Sequence record: PZ386957.1
Strand: one strand, 5' to 3'
DNA from: a phage
Length of the DNA: 64,000 nt
The notes beneath the pieces were generated by a model that saw nothing but the letters and a program-made list of their open reading frames with translations, was not told where the DNA came from and did not search any database. Positions within the stretch are counted from its first letter, which is position 1, and every line of letters starts with the position of its first letter. Both the position numbers and the translations under genes were made by a program. Below are positions 9,633 to 17,681 of this stretch, piece by piece.

Positions 9633-12389
9633 ATGGCAGATTTAAGCAGAATCCAATTTAAACGCACTAGCACAGCCGGACGTAAACCTGATGCGAATAT
9701 TCTAACTCCGGGTGAACTTGCTATTAACCTAGCGGATCGAGAACTATATACAAAAGATGATGACAATAATGTAATTACTTTGGGACACTTTCGCGGTGAA
9801 TTGCCAACTGATGCAAATTTAGATAATTATGGACCTACTGGTAAGTTTACTGGTATTTGGTCTAAAGCAACTTCAACCAACGCTCAGCCAACACATAAAT
9901 TCCCAGAAGATAATGCTGTGGGTGTATTGGAAGTATTTGCCGCTGGACAATTTGCCGGAACTCAGCGTTATACTGTTCGGTCTGGTAACGTCTATATTCG
10001 TTCCTTATCTGCTAAATGGAATGGTGTAGATGGTCCGTGGGGTGCGTGGAGGAATATTCAAACTGGTACACGACCACTATCAACCACATTGGACTTGAAT
10101 ACTTTAGGTGATGCATCTCATTTTGGTTTATGGAGGAATAGTTCAAGTTCTATTGCATCATTTTCTCGAAATTACCCAGAAGAAGGCGGTCTCGCGCAAG
10201 GTCTTTTAGAAATTTATGAAGGCGGTAACTATTCGCGCACACAGCGTTATACTACACGTATGGGTGTTGTGTATGTTCGTTGTCTTGCTGGTGCATGGGA
10301 TTCAGAAGCACCGAATTGGGGAGCGTGGCAACAAGTTGGTAACGTGACACCAGCGACTTTCTATGACGGAGACCTTAATAATTTTCGTTCTCCTGGTTTA
10401 TATAATATTTTAGGCACTGATGCCGTTATTAACTGTCCTACAGGGGAAGGGCTACCAGCCGTTATTGTTGGTTTATTGGAAGTTAAACAACGTGCTTCTG
10501 GTGGTGCAATTTTCCAAAAATTCACTACTGCCGGAACGGGAACTACTACCCGTGGACGTATTTTCGAACGTGCGATGACCAATAATATTTGGGGTGCATG
10601 GAACGAAGTATATACGTCTTATTCTCTGCCAATTACTTTGGGTATGGGTGGTGTTAAAACTCAGTTAACCGCGCTTGACTGGCAAACTTTCGATTTTGTT
10701 CCTGGTGCTATGTATAGCGTACCGTTGAACAAGATGACCAATATACCAGCAAATATGGATTGGGGAACTATTGATGGAAACCTAGTAATGCTGGCAGTAG
10801 GTCCGAGCGAGCATACCGGAACAGGTCGCACCGTTCAGGTTTGGCGTGGTACTGTAAGTCAAGCGAACTACCGTTATTTTGTCGTTCGTGTCGCCGGTAA
10901 TCCAGGAAACAGGACTAACACTTGTCGCCGTGTTGTTGTGGAAGATGGTCGCCATACATGGACAGCACAACAAGATTTTAATGGTGCTGTTAACTTCGGT
11001 AGCTCAACAACGTTTAAATCAACTACGACATTTAATACAGAAGTTAAATTCCGCTCATCTAACGCATTTCGTATGTATGGTGGTAACTTCGGTGCATTCA
11101 TGCGCAATGACGGTGAAAGTCTTTATATTCTTTCCACCAACGAAAATGATCAAGATGGAAACTTTAACACCAATAGACCTTTCCGATATCAATTGAAAAC
11201 TGGCGATGTTACTCTTGGTGGAACTAGCGGTGCTAACGCTTTAGTATTAAAAGGTGGTTCTCTTGCTGCTACCTTTGGTGGTGACATTAACTTGAGTAAA
11301 GGATATTTGACGTTTGAGGCTGGGCGATTATATTCTCGCGATTACTTCCGGTTTAACCATTGGGGTGATAGTAATAATGCGCGTGATAACATTATTCAGT
11401 TAGAAGATAGTCAAGGAGCACATTTTTCTACTGAACGTCAAATGTCAAACGGTGCAATTAAAACTAAATTCTTTGGACAAGTTGAGTCGAATGGACGGTT
11501 AACAATCAATGCACCAGGTGATGCTATTGTATTATCAACAACTGCTGGTAATTCTTTGCATATTCGCGGTGACGTAGGCGGGAATAATAACTGGTATATT
11601 GGTAAGGGTGGTGCTGATAATTCGCTAGCATTTTATAGCTATGCTACTCAGGCGGCAGTACATATCACAAACAACGGTGAGATTGCGTTAAACCCGCAAA
11701 ATACCGCAGTGGTTAACGTTAACCGCGACCGTGTGCATATCAATGGAACAGGTTGGGTTGCCCGACATTCCGGCGCATGGGTTGGCCAATGGAGAGAAGA
11801 AGCACCATTATTCGTTGATCACGGTAACGTTGGAGAGGATAGCTATTATCCGATTTTGAAAGGAAAAAGCAACATCACGAATCAAGGATATACTACTGCC
11901 GTAGATTTTGGTATACGTCGTGTTCCTAGCAAATGGGGTCAAGCAATTATTCGAGTTGCTTCTGCGGAGGCTTCACCTGATGCTGGTCATCCTCAAGCTG
12001 TATTTGAATTTCATCATGACGGATTATTTTATTCGCCAGGTAACGGTAATTTTAACGATGTGTATATTCGTTCTGATTCTCGTCTTAAGATCAATAAAGA
12101 AGAATTGGAAGATGGTGCAGTTGAAAAGGTATGTAGACTGAAAGTTTATACCTACGATAAAGTTAAGTCTATTAAAGATCGTAGTGTTATTAAACGTGAA
12201 GTTGGTGTTCTTGCTCAAGATCTTGAAAAAGAATTGCCCGAAGCTGTATCTAAAGTTGAAGTTGATGGATCTGATGTTCTGACAATTTCTAACTCTGCTG
12301 TGAATGCTCTTTTAATTAAGGCTATTCAGGAAATGAGCGAAGAATTGAAAGCCGTTAAAGCTGAACTAGCGGAACTTAAAAAGAATTAA
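9633..12389 (+). CDS. 37: gp37 distal long tail fibre with C-terminal intramolecular chaperone (S74-like) domain
   Basis: N-terminus MADLSRIQFKRTSTAGRKPDANILTPGELAINL resembles T4 gp37; C-terminal ~110 aa (SDSRLKINKEE...VGVLAQDLEKELPEAV...coiled coil) resembles self-cleaving chaperone domains of tail fibres/endosialidases. Confidence 0.85.
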   Translation: MADLSRIQFKRTSTAGRKPDANILTPGELAINLADRELYTKDDDNNVITLGHFRGELPTDANLDNYGPTGKFTGIWSKATSTNAQPTHKFPEDNAVGVLEVFAAGQFAGTQRYTVRSGNVYIRSLSAKWNGVDGPWGAWRNIQTGTRPLSTTLDLNTLGDASHFGLWRNSSSSIASFSRNYPEEGGLAQGLLEIYEGGNYSRTQRYTTRMGVVYVRCLAGAWDSEAPNWGAWQQVGNVTPATFYDGDLNNFRSPGLYNILGTDAVINCPTGEGLPAVIVGLLEVKQRASGGAIFQKFTTAGTGTTTRGRIFERAMTNNIWGAWNEVYTSYSLPITLGMGGVKTQLTALDWQTFDFVPGAMYSVPLNKMTNIPANMDWGTIDGNLVMLAVGPSEHTGTGRTVQVWRGTVSQANYRYFVVRVAGNPGNRTNTCRRVVVEDGRHTWTAQQDFNGAVNFGSSTTFKSTTTFNTEVKFRSSNAFRMYGGNFGAFMRNDGESLYILSTNENDQDGNFNTNRPFRYQLKTGDVTLGGTSGANALVLKGGSLAATFGGDINLSKGYLTFEAGRLYSRDYFRFNHWGDSNNARDNIIQLEDSQGAHFSTERQMSNGAIKTKFFGQVESNGRLTINAPGDAIVLSTTAGNSLHIRGDVGGNNNWYIGKGGADNSLAFYSYATQAAVHITNNGEIALNPQNTAVVNVNRDRVHINGTGWVARHSGAWVGQWREEAPLFVDHGNVGEDSYYPILKGKSNITNQGYTTAVDFGIRRVPSKWGQAIIRVASAEASPDAGHPQAVFEFHHDGLFYSPGNGNFNDVYIRSDSRLKINKEELEDGAVEKVCRLKVYTYDKVKSIKDRSVIKREVGVLAQDLEKELPEAVSKVEVDGSDVLTISNSAVNALLIKAIQEMSEELKAVKAELAELKKN

Positions 12390-12431
12390 GGAAAACTCCC
12401 AGGGAAGGGAAACTACTAAGGAGAAACGGCT

Positions 12432-12671
12432 ATGGTCTATAATATCGTCATTGGTGCCTTGTCTAGTTTCGGAATGAAACTATTATCAAAGTTAATTAGT
12501 GAAAAGATGCTCACTAAAATTTTCTTCTATTGCGCTCGTCGTCTTGCGGCATATACCAATACGCCAATTGATGATCGTTTCGTGGAAGAACTTTATAAGG
12601 AGTTTAATAAAGATCAGTCAGAAGATAGCAACGAGCAGAATAAAACGGGTGACAGTCAAGTACCTAAATAA
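12432..12671 (+). CDS. hypothetical small protein with hydrophobic N-terminus (79 aa)
   Basis: Strong RBS AAGGAGAAACGGCT before ATG; occupies the T4 gene 38 position between 37 and t; no similarity to gp38 recognised. Confidence 0.5.
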   Translation: MVYNIVIGALSSFGMKLLSKLISEKMLTKIFFYCARRLAAYTNTPIDDRFVEELYKEFNKDQSEDSNEQNKTGDSQVPK

Positions 12672-12705
12672 TGGTACACTGTCATAGTTATTTTTAGGGC
12701 ATTAT

Positions 12706-13362
12706 ATGCAAGTTTCTGAAAAAGAGAAAGACTTTGCTATCTCAAATGTCCTGCGCGCTATTTTCACAACTAAAAGCACGGAGTTGCTCGTACTTCGTGT
12801 TTTTGCTGCCGTTGTGTTGTCTATATTAGCATTTGTCGTTTATAGCAAAAACGAGTTGTTTGCGCTTTATAAAGAAACTCGTTATGAGACTTATGCTCAC
12901 GTTCTCCAGGTAGAAAAAGACCGCAATTTTGATAATGCAGCACAGGAGCAGTTACAGATAGTTCATGTGTCGGCAGATGCCGATTTTTCTGCTGTTTTTA
13001 GCTTTCGTCCAAAAAACCTAAACTATTTCGTTGATTTGGTGGCATATGAAGGAAAGCTACCGCATACAATCGATGAAAAGAATTTAGGCGGATTCCCTAT
13101 CAATAAAACGAGTGAAGAATATCGTAGGCATCTTTTAGGTAAATCCTATTTTACCGATAAAGATTTCCAGTATATTCCGTCGAGGGAGAAAAAATTAGAG
13201 AATATCGATATAGGATTCATGTATTCTTGTCCTATATTCAATCTCGATAATGTCTATTCTGGTAGTATCGCCATTGCATGGAAGAATAAACCAGATATTG
13301 ACATTGAGAATTTAGATACTCTTTGTAGTCAATCTGCCAGAATCCTCGGAAGGATTAGATAA
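12706..13362 (+). CDS. t: holin T
   Basis: 218 aa; YKETRYETY, EQLQIVHVSADADFSAVFSFRPKNLNYFVD, YEGKLPHTIDEKNLGG, MYSCPIFNLDNVYSGSI, SARILGR match remembered T4 holin T. Confidence 0.95.
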   Translation: MQVSEKEKDFAISNVLRAIFTTKSTELLVLRVFAAVVLSILAFVVYSKNELFALYKETRYETYAHVLQVEKDRNFDNAAQEQLQIVHVSADADFSAVFSFRPKNLNYFVDLVAYEGKLPHTIDEKNLGGFPINKTSEEYRRHLLGKSYFTDKDFQYIPSREKKLENIDIGFMYSCPIFNLDNVYSGSIAIAWKNKPDIDIENLDTLCSQSARILGRIR

Positions 13363-13367
13363 ATTAA

Positions 13368-13400
13368 AGGGGGAGCCTTTCGGCCTCCCCTTCTTTTTTA
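13368..13400. terminator. bidirectional rho-independent terminator between t and the convergent minus-strand cluster
   Basis: AAGGGGGAGCC-TTTC-GGCCTCCCCTT with T-runs on both strands. Confidence 0.7.
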
Positions 13401-13646
13401 GTGACGCATAGAAGCGCCTGAATCGCATTTTGACGCAGTATGATGAAAACATGTGGCGTACCAGTCATCGGCTTGTTTGTCCTCGTCAGAGAACGCATAA
13501 TTTCGTTGTATGCCGTTTTCTACTTTGACCAGTGCAATAGCTGTTTCTGGAAGATCAATCAATCGGACAAAATCACCATCTTCCCACTCTACACGAGCAA
13601 TATCATAACCCATCTCAAAATATGCAATCGCTTGTTCTAATTTCAT
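13398..13646 (-). CDS. hypothetical protein (82 aa)
   Basis: ORF track; first gene of a tightly packed minus-strand array; no motif recognised. Confidence 0.45.
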   Translation of the reverse strand: MKLEQAIAYFEMGYDIARVEWEDGDFVRLIDLPETAIALVKVENGIQRNYAFSDEDKQADDWYATCFHHTASKCDSGASMRH

Positions 13647-13975
13647 TCTGGAAACTTCCCGTAAATGTTCTCTGCCAACATACGCGCATCGCTAATGATA
13701 TCTTTCATGCTATGACCGTAGTGTTCAGCCATTGAGTTGATACAATCAACAAATAAATTATAACGGCGACGGTTTAAGATTTCTTCTCTGTTATAGTTTT
13801 CATACTTGACGGTCGAGTGTGCTTTCTCGATTGCCTTAATCGCTATATTGACTTCATTAATAATGGTTTTAGCATTATATGCGCCACGACGGATCAGGAT
13901 ATTTGTCAATTCTCTTGCAATATCTTGCAATTCTTCATATTCATGTTCAAACATAATCAACCTCTCAAAATACAA
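13643..13975 (-). CDS. hypothetical protein (110 aa)
   Basis: ORF track; 4-nt overlap with neighbour; no motif recognised. Confidence 0.45.
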   Translation of the reverse strand: MYFERLIMFEHEYEELQDIARELTNILIRRGAYNAKTIINEVNIAIKAIEKAHSTVKYENYNREEILNRRRYNLFVDCINSMAEHYGHSMKDIISDARMLAENIYGKFPE

Positions 13976-13978
13976 TCC

Positions 13979-14311
13979 TTACAGATGAAAACCTGTTACG
14001 ATCACCGCATCGATCATACCGCTAGGGATAAACGGTTCGCCCTCTTTTATTTCAACTTTGAATTGATGCCATTTTGCTAATGCTTCTTCCGGTACACCCA
14101 GCGATTCGGCGTCTGCTTTAGTTTCATCCATAATCCAACTAGGCTGCATGAGGGCATAGTTTACATAGTCCATTTCTGGGGTCATGTCATCAATGTTAAT
14201 ATATTTGCAGTTGACGCGTTTCAGAATTTCAAATTCTTTATCGTCAACCTGTACCATATACAATTCAGTAGTTTCTGGAATCAGTTCCCATACAATCAGT
14301 ACATTTTTCAT
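13979..14311 (-). CDS. hypothetical protein (110 aa)
   Basis: ORF track; compact operon context. Confidence 0.45.
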   Translation of the reverse strand: MKNVLIVWELIPETTELYMVQVDDKEFEILKRVNCKYINIDDMTPEMDYVNYALMQPSWIMDETKADAESLGVPEEALAKWHQFKVEIKEGEPFIPSGMIDAVIVTGFHL

Positions 14312-14319
14312 AGTTCACC

Positions 14320-14688
14320 TCACTTAACAAAGATTTTCTTTAATGCTTTCAGGATCGTTGCTTCCGGCGCTTCTTCCGGTGGAGGAAGCAATTCTACCAC
14401 TTCCTCTTCCAACTCGATATAGTCTACCAGATATTCTACATAAAATGCAAGTGCTTCCATGAAATTAAATGCTACATCCGATTCACCGCACGCACCAACA
14501 TGCATTGTATAAACATCGCTGCGATCAAGTTTGTGGATACTGCCTAGATAGTTTCGGTTATACCAAACTTCCCACACTTTCAGTTTTCCGGTTTTGGTTG
14601 CTGTTTTATAGTCGGTTTCGTAGTGGTGCAATTGACGTTGCAGGTCATTGATAATAACACATTTTTCGTAATTGTTTTGAATTTCCAT
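14320..14688 (-). CDS. hypothetical acidic protein (122 aa)
   Basis: ORF track; compact operon context. Confidence 0.45.
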   Translation of the reverse strand: MEIQNNYEKCVIINDLQRQLHHYETDYKTATKTGKLKVWEVWYNRNYLGSIHKLDRSDVYTMHVGACGESDVAFNFMEALAFYVEYLVDYIELEEEVVELLPPPEEAPEATILKALKKIFVK

Positions 14689-14698
14689 GATGTAATCC

Positions 14699-14890
14699 TC
14701 ACTTATCGTTAAGAAGTTCTAAAACTTTCTGTCGTACTTTGTCAATATTAGTTGATTCAAAAACTGTACGGTATCCCCAGCTTTGACCGTATGATCGCGA
14801 GCAATCCCCATATCCCCATTGTTCAACCTGATAGTATTCAAGGAATGGGTGTTGCCGAACTATGATACCATCACGATTAAAAATTACCAT
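14699..14890 (-). CDS. hypothetical protein (63 aa)
   Basis: ORF track; preceded by the conserved AGAGGATTATATT-ATG style leader. Confidence 0.4.
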   Translation of the reverse strand: MVIFNRDGIIVRQHPFLEYYQVEQWGYGDCSRSYGQSWGYRTVFESTNIDKVRQKVLELLNDK

Positions 14891-14912
14891 AATATAATCC
14901 TCATGTCAAAAC

Positions 14913-15206
14913 TTATCTTCGGTTGTAATTCTGCCACTTTCGGTAATACTGCTTGTAAACCTGTTTTTCGTTTTCGCCATCTTTACTATACATGTTATCT
15001 ACCATCAAGTCAATAAGACCTTCCGGTGTCTGGTAGTTACCCGCTCGGATAAGTTCTTTAATTAAAGTGTCCTGATGATCTTTGTATACTACGTTAATGA
15101 TGGTCTTTTCTGCTTTCTTCGTCCCGATCATCCGGTGATTAGCTTTCATTGCATCCCACCAATCTTTTGTGATCTTCATGCTATTGAATTTCATAGTTAC
15201 TTGCAC
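14913..15206 (-). CDS. hypothetical protein (97 aa)
   Basis: ORF track; overlaps downstream gene start by 10 nt. Confidence 0.4.
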   Translation of the reverse strand: MQVTMKFNSMKITKDWWDAMKANHRMIGTKKAEKTIINVVYKDHQDTLIKELIRAGNYQTPEGLIDLMVDNMYSKDGENEKQVYKQYYRKWQNYNRR

Positions 15207-15961
15207 CCGTACTGGTCAATGTATGTTCTTGAATAATTTTTATGTACTTCTAAGCGAATCATATCTTGATTATCACGCCACACATAATATTTTTTGTTAT
15301 CCACTTGACCTTCATATTGCATAGCACCATTCTGATGCGTCACGGTTTTTGTTTTTGCTTTATGTGCGTTATAATTATCACGATACACAAATTCAATAAT
15401 TTCCCCGTCTTTTACTTTAAGTTTAAGTTCACCAGAGTTATAACGAGGATAACCAGGGTCTTTAACTACTTTTGTTTCTACCCCGTCGTGGATTTCCCAT
15501 TCATAGTGAACATCGCATTGTAATGTCATATCGCCTGTAAATCCTTTTGGTTTCTCTTCAACCTTCGGTTCTTCCACTACCTTTTCTTCCTGCTTTGGTT
15601 GTTCTTCAACCTTCACAGAAGTCTCTGAATCGCTCTCTGGCGATGTTTCTTCTTTAGGTAATACATTCATCAAGTTTTGGATTTGAGCGTTATACACAGC
15701 TTCCAGTGGCTGAATCTGCCCGATATTGATCATTGTATCACGAACAGTTTTATTCCAGTTGCGTTGCTCTTGTTTCAGAGACGGATCAATCTTAACAGCC
15801 TTAACATATACTTCATGGAGTTTAGAATCCAGTGCGGAGATTGACTCATTAGCACAAATAAACTTCTCTGATTTGGTAGTAGCCTTAGTGCAATCGAAGG
15901 ACGCAGCATTAGCACCGAAAGCAGTAGCAGAAAGAACTATAGCAGCGATAATGTTTTTCAT
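15197..15961 (-). CDS. secreted protein with N-terminal DUF1311 / LprI-like (lysozyme-inhibitor family) domain
   Basis: Signal peptide MKNIIAAIVLSATAFGANA; then SFDCTKATTKSEKFICANESISALDSKLHEVY...QRNWNKTVRD, the C..C...LD..L...Y...QR.W...RD pattern of DUF1311; Lys/Glu-rich linker; C-terminal beta-rich domain. Confidence 0.6.
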   Translation of the reverse strand: MKNIIAAIVLSATAFGANAASFDCTKATTKSEKFICANESISALDSKLHEVYVKAVKIDPSLKQEQRNWNKTVRDTMINIGQIQPLEAVYNAQIQNLMNVLPKEETSPESDSETSVKVEEQPKQEEKVVEEPKVEEKPKGFTGDMTLQCDVHYEWEIHDGVETKVVKDPGYPRYNSGELKLKVKDGEIIEFVYRDNYNAHKAKTKTVTHQNGAMQYEGQVDNKKYYVWRDNQDMIRLEVHKNYSRTYIDQYGCK

Positions 15962-15989
15962 AATATATTCCTCAGTGTTTTGTCTTGAT

Positions 15990-16024
15990 GGGAGTATCTT
16001 ACTACTCCCTTAATCCGGTGTCAA
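15990..16024 (-). promoter_or_regulatory. early sigma70-type promoter with inverted repeat around -10 (PeSL-like)
   Basis: Minus strand TTGACA-17 nt-TAAGAT; GGGAGTA/TACTCCC inverted repeat flanks the -10; AGGAATATATT ATG follows. Confidence 0.65.
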
Positions 16025-16031
16025 CTACTTT

Positions 16032-16187
16032 TTAAATTTCTTCTACAGTAAAGTCTTCAATGTTGTTGTGCTCGGAGAACGTTGCCAGACCAGCATCCCA
16101 CGCATCATCCTCAGAGAAGAATACACCATAACGTTCATATCCTTTAGCGCCTTCAAATTTAACCATTAATTTGTGAGTATGTTTCAT
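16032..16187 (-). CDS. hypothetical protein (51 aa; start moved to internal Met with RBS AAGGAGAATC)
   Basis: Track ORF 16032..16250 would overlap the promoter; internal ATG at 16187 has strong SD. Confidence 0.4.
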   Translation of the reverse strand: MKHTHKLMVKFEGAKGYERYGVFFSEDDAWDAGLATFSEHNNIEDFTVEEI

Positions 16188-16218
16188 TTTGATTCTCCTT
16201 CGTTGTCTTGATGAGTTC

Positions 16219-16247
16219 ATTGTAGGGGATCGGCGATCCCCTGTCAA
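16219..16247 (-). promoter_or_regulatory. early sigma70-type promoter with palindromic spacer
   Basis: TTGACA-GGGGATCGCCGATCCCC-TACAAT on minus strand. Confidence 0.6.
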
Positions 16248-16257
16248 CAACTATTTT

Positions 16258-16470
16258 TTAATTTTTACCCGCTAGTGCATTAATACGCATTTTCTGAATA
16301 GCCATGATCTGGCTTACTGCTTCTTCTTTACGTTCTTGTGTGATAACGTGACCAGATTCCGCAAACTCCCCCGCAACATCTTCTACAATCTCGCGAACTT
16401 GAGAACGTCCAAAGATGCGGTTTCCTTCGTAGCTCATAAACTCGGTCACTACTTGCTCAATAGATTTCAT
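16258..16470 (-). CDS. hypothetical protein (70 aa)
   Basis: ORF track; RBS AAAGGAGAATCATC before ATG. Confidence 0.45.
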   Translation of the reverse strand: MKSIEQVVTEFMSYEGNRIFGRSQVREIVEDVAGEFAESGHVITQERKEEAVSQIMAIQKMRINALAGKN

Positions 16471-16495
16471 GATGATTCTCCTTTCGTTTGGTATG

Positions 16496-16529
16496 GGAGT
16501 ATCTTACTACCGACGACCTTTGGCGTCAA
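16496..16529 (-). promoter_or_regulatory. early sigma70-type promoter (TTGACG-17-TAAGAT)
   Basis: Minus strand TTGACG, 17-nt spacer, TAAGAT, then ACTCCC. Confidence 0.6.
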
Positions 16530-16718
16530 CTAATTTTTATGGAATTTTAAATTATTTTCGACCTTCATCCATTCCGCGTATTCTTGCGCGGCTACTTTCG
16601 GATTTAGTCCGTCTTCGTACATTGCATCAAGTAATTCTTCGTCGGTGGGCTTATACCCTAGATAAGCCGCAACCTGATTTTTCCAAATCTTATACCAGTT
16701 CATATTATCACCAATCAA
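16530..16718 (-). CDS. hypothetical protein (62 aa)
   Basis: ORF track. Confidence 0.4.
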   Translation of the reverse strand: MIGDNMNWYKIWKNQVAAYLGYKPTDEELLDAMYEDGLNPKVAAQEYAEWMKVENNLKFHKN

Positions 16719-16980
16719 GAGCGCGTGTCTCTGCGTCTTCCCATGCTTGATTCATTACCGCCGTGAAAACATATTCTAAAGTATCATCTTTCGCAAATCC
16801 AAAGATCTTAGACGGGATATCTTCAATTGCTACTCCAGCAACTTCTGCATTACGCGCTTGGCAATAATGCAACTCTAAGTTATCGAGATAACGACCGCCT
16901 AATTTCTCCATATCATCCCAGCATTTCCAATAGCCTACTTTATCTGCGATTGCTAACACTATGCTGTTTTCGTTGTTCAT
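16708..16980 (-). CDS. hypothetical protein (90 aa; start moved to internal Met)
   Basis: Internal ATG at 16980 preceded by AGGAGAATCAAAG; track start 17046 would overlap the promoter. Confidence 0.45.
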   Translation of the reverse strand: MNNENSIVLAIADKVGYWKCWDDMEKLGGRYLDNLELHYCQARNAEVAGVAIEDIPSKIFGFAKDDTLEYVFTAVMNQAWEDAETRALDW

Positions 16981-17014
16981 CTTTGATTCTCCTAGTTCGT
17001 TTCGGTATGTGTGT

Positions 17015-17043
17015 ATTATGCAATGTTGGATTCTGGAAGTCAA
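17015..17043 (-). promoter_or_regulatory. early sigma70-type promoter (TTGACT-17-CATAAT)
   Basis: Minus strand TTGACT, 17-nt spacer, CATAAT. Confidence 0.6.
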
Positions 17044-17057
17044 CAACTTTTTTCAAA

Positions 17058-17084
17058 TAAAAAAGCCGACCACAAGGGTCGGCT
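17058..17084 (-). terminator. rho-independent terminator
   Basis: Minus strand GAGCCGACC-CTTGT-GGTCGGCT followed by TTTTTTAT. Confidence 0.7.
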
Positions 17085-17094
17085 CAATAATCAG

Positions 17095-17475
17095 TTACTT
17101 GCTAAATTTCTTTTTAGCTTCATCGACTGCATGAGATGCCAGCACCGCCGCCGCATGTGCACTTTTATCTGTGTTACAGAGAACACCCAGATAAACATCA
17201 CGCCAAAGTTTAATCATCTCATAGATCATATCAATATCATTTTCTTGCTTGTTGGCGATGGTATTCGTCGTTATCTGGTACGGTGACGGCTTAACCTGTG
17301 CTGGATCTGCCATCGGGCTAATCGGTGTCGAATCAGTCATAGGCTTTACTTTAAATACGTCATCATACCACGGTTTAACGGTTGTACCGTACAGTTTATA
17401 AGGATTTTTGTCTGGATCAACCATCCATGTATGATGAATATCTAAACCATTTGAAGTAATGCGTCGCTCAGTCAT
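17095..17475 (-). CDS. hypothetical protein (126 aa)
   Basis: ORF track; 4-nt overlap with upstream ORF. Confidence 0.45.
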   Translation of the reverse strand: MTERRITSNGLDIHHTWMVDPDKNPYKLYGTTVKPWYDDVFKVKPMTDSTPISPMADPAQVKPSPYQITTNTIANKQENDIDMIYEMIKLWRDVYLGVLCNTDKSAHAAAVLASHAVDEAKKKFSK

Positions 17476-17681
17476 GTTTTGCCCCCCTCTGATAATTCTT
17501 TCATCAAATTGTCAATCTTTGCTCGGTGTTCTGGTGTGTTTGTTATCTCTGCTAATTTGTTCAGAGATTCAATGGTGATGCGGTTTGCCTCTTCCATCGT
17601 TTCAACAACCATTGGCACGATCTTTTTATTGTTTAATAAGAAAGCGACATACCCACCAACCGGATAATCTTTCATAATCAC
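17472..17681 (-). CDS. hypothetical protein (69 aa)
   Basis: ORF track; 4-nt overlap with gene 52. Confidence 0.45.
   Translation of the reverse strand: MIMKDYPVGGYVAFLLNNKKIVPMVVETMEEANRITIESLNKLAEITNTPEHRAKIDNLMKELSEGGKT

Noticed and set aside
16032-16250. Full-length track ORFs with long N-terminal extensions (also 16708..17046, 23925..24305, 55771..55998, 61455..61787)
   Set aside because: The extensions would be translated across the promoter -10/-35 boxes and lack an RBS; internal ATGs with strong Shine-Dalgarno sequences are better starts.
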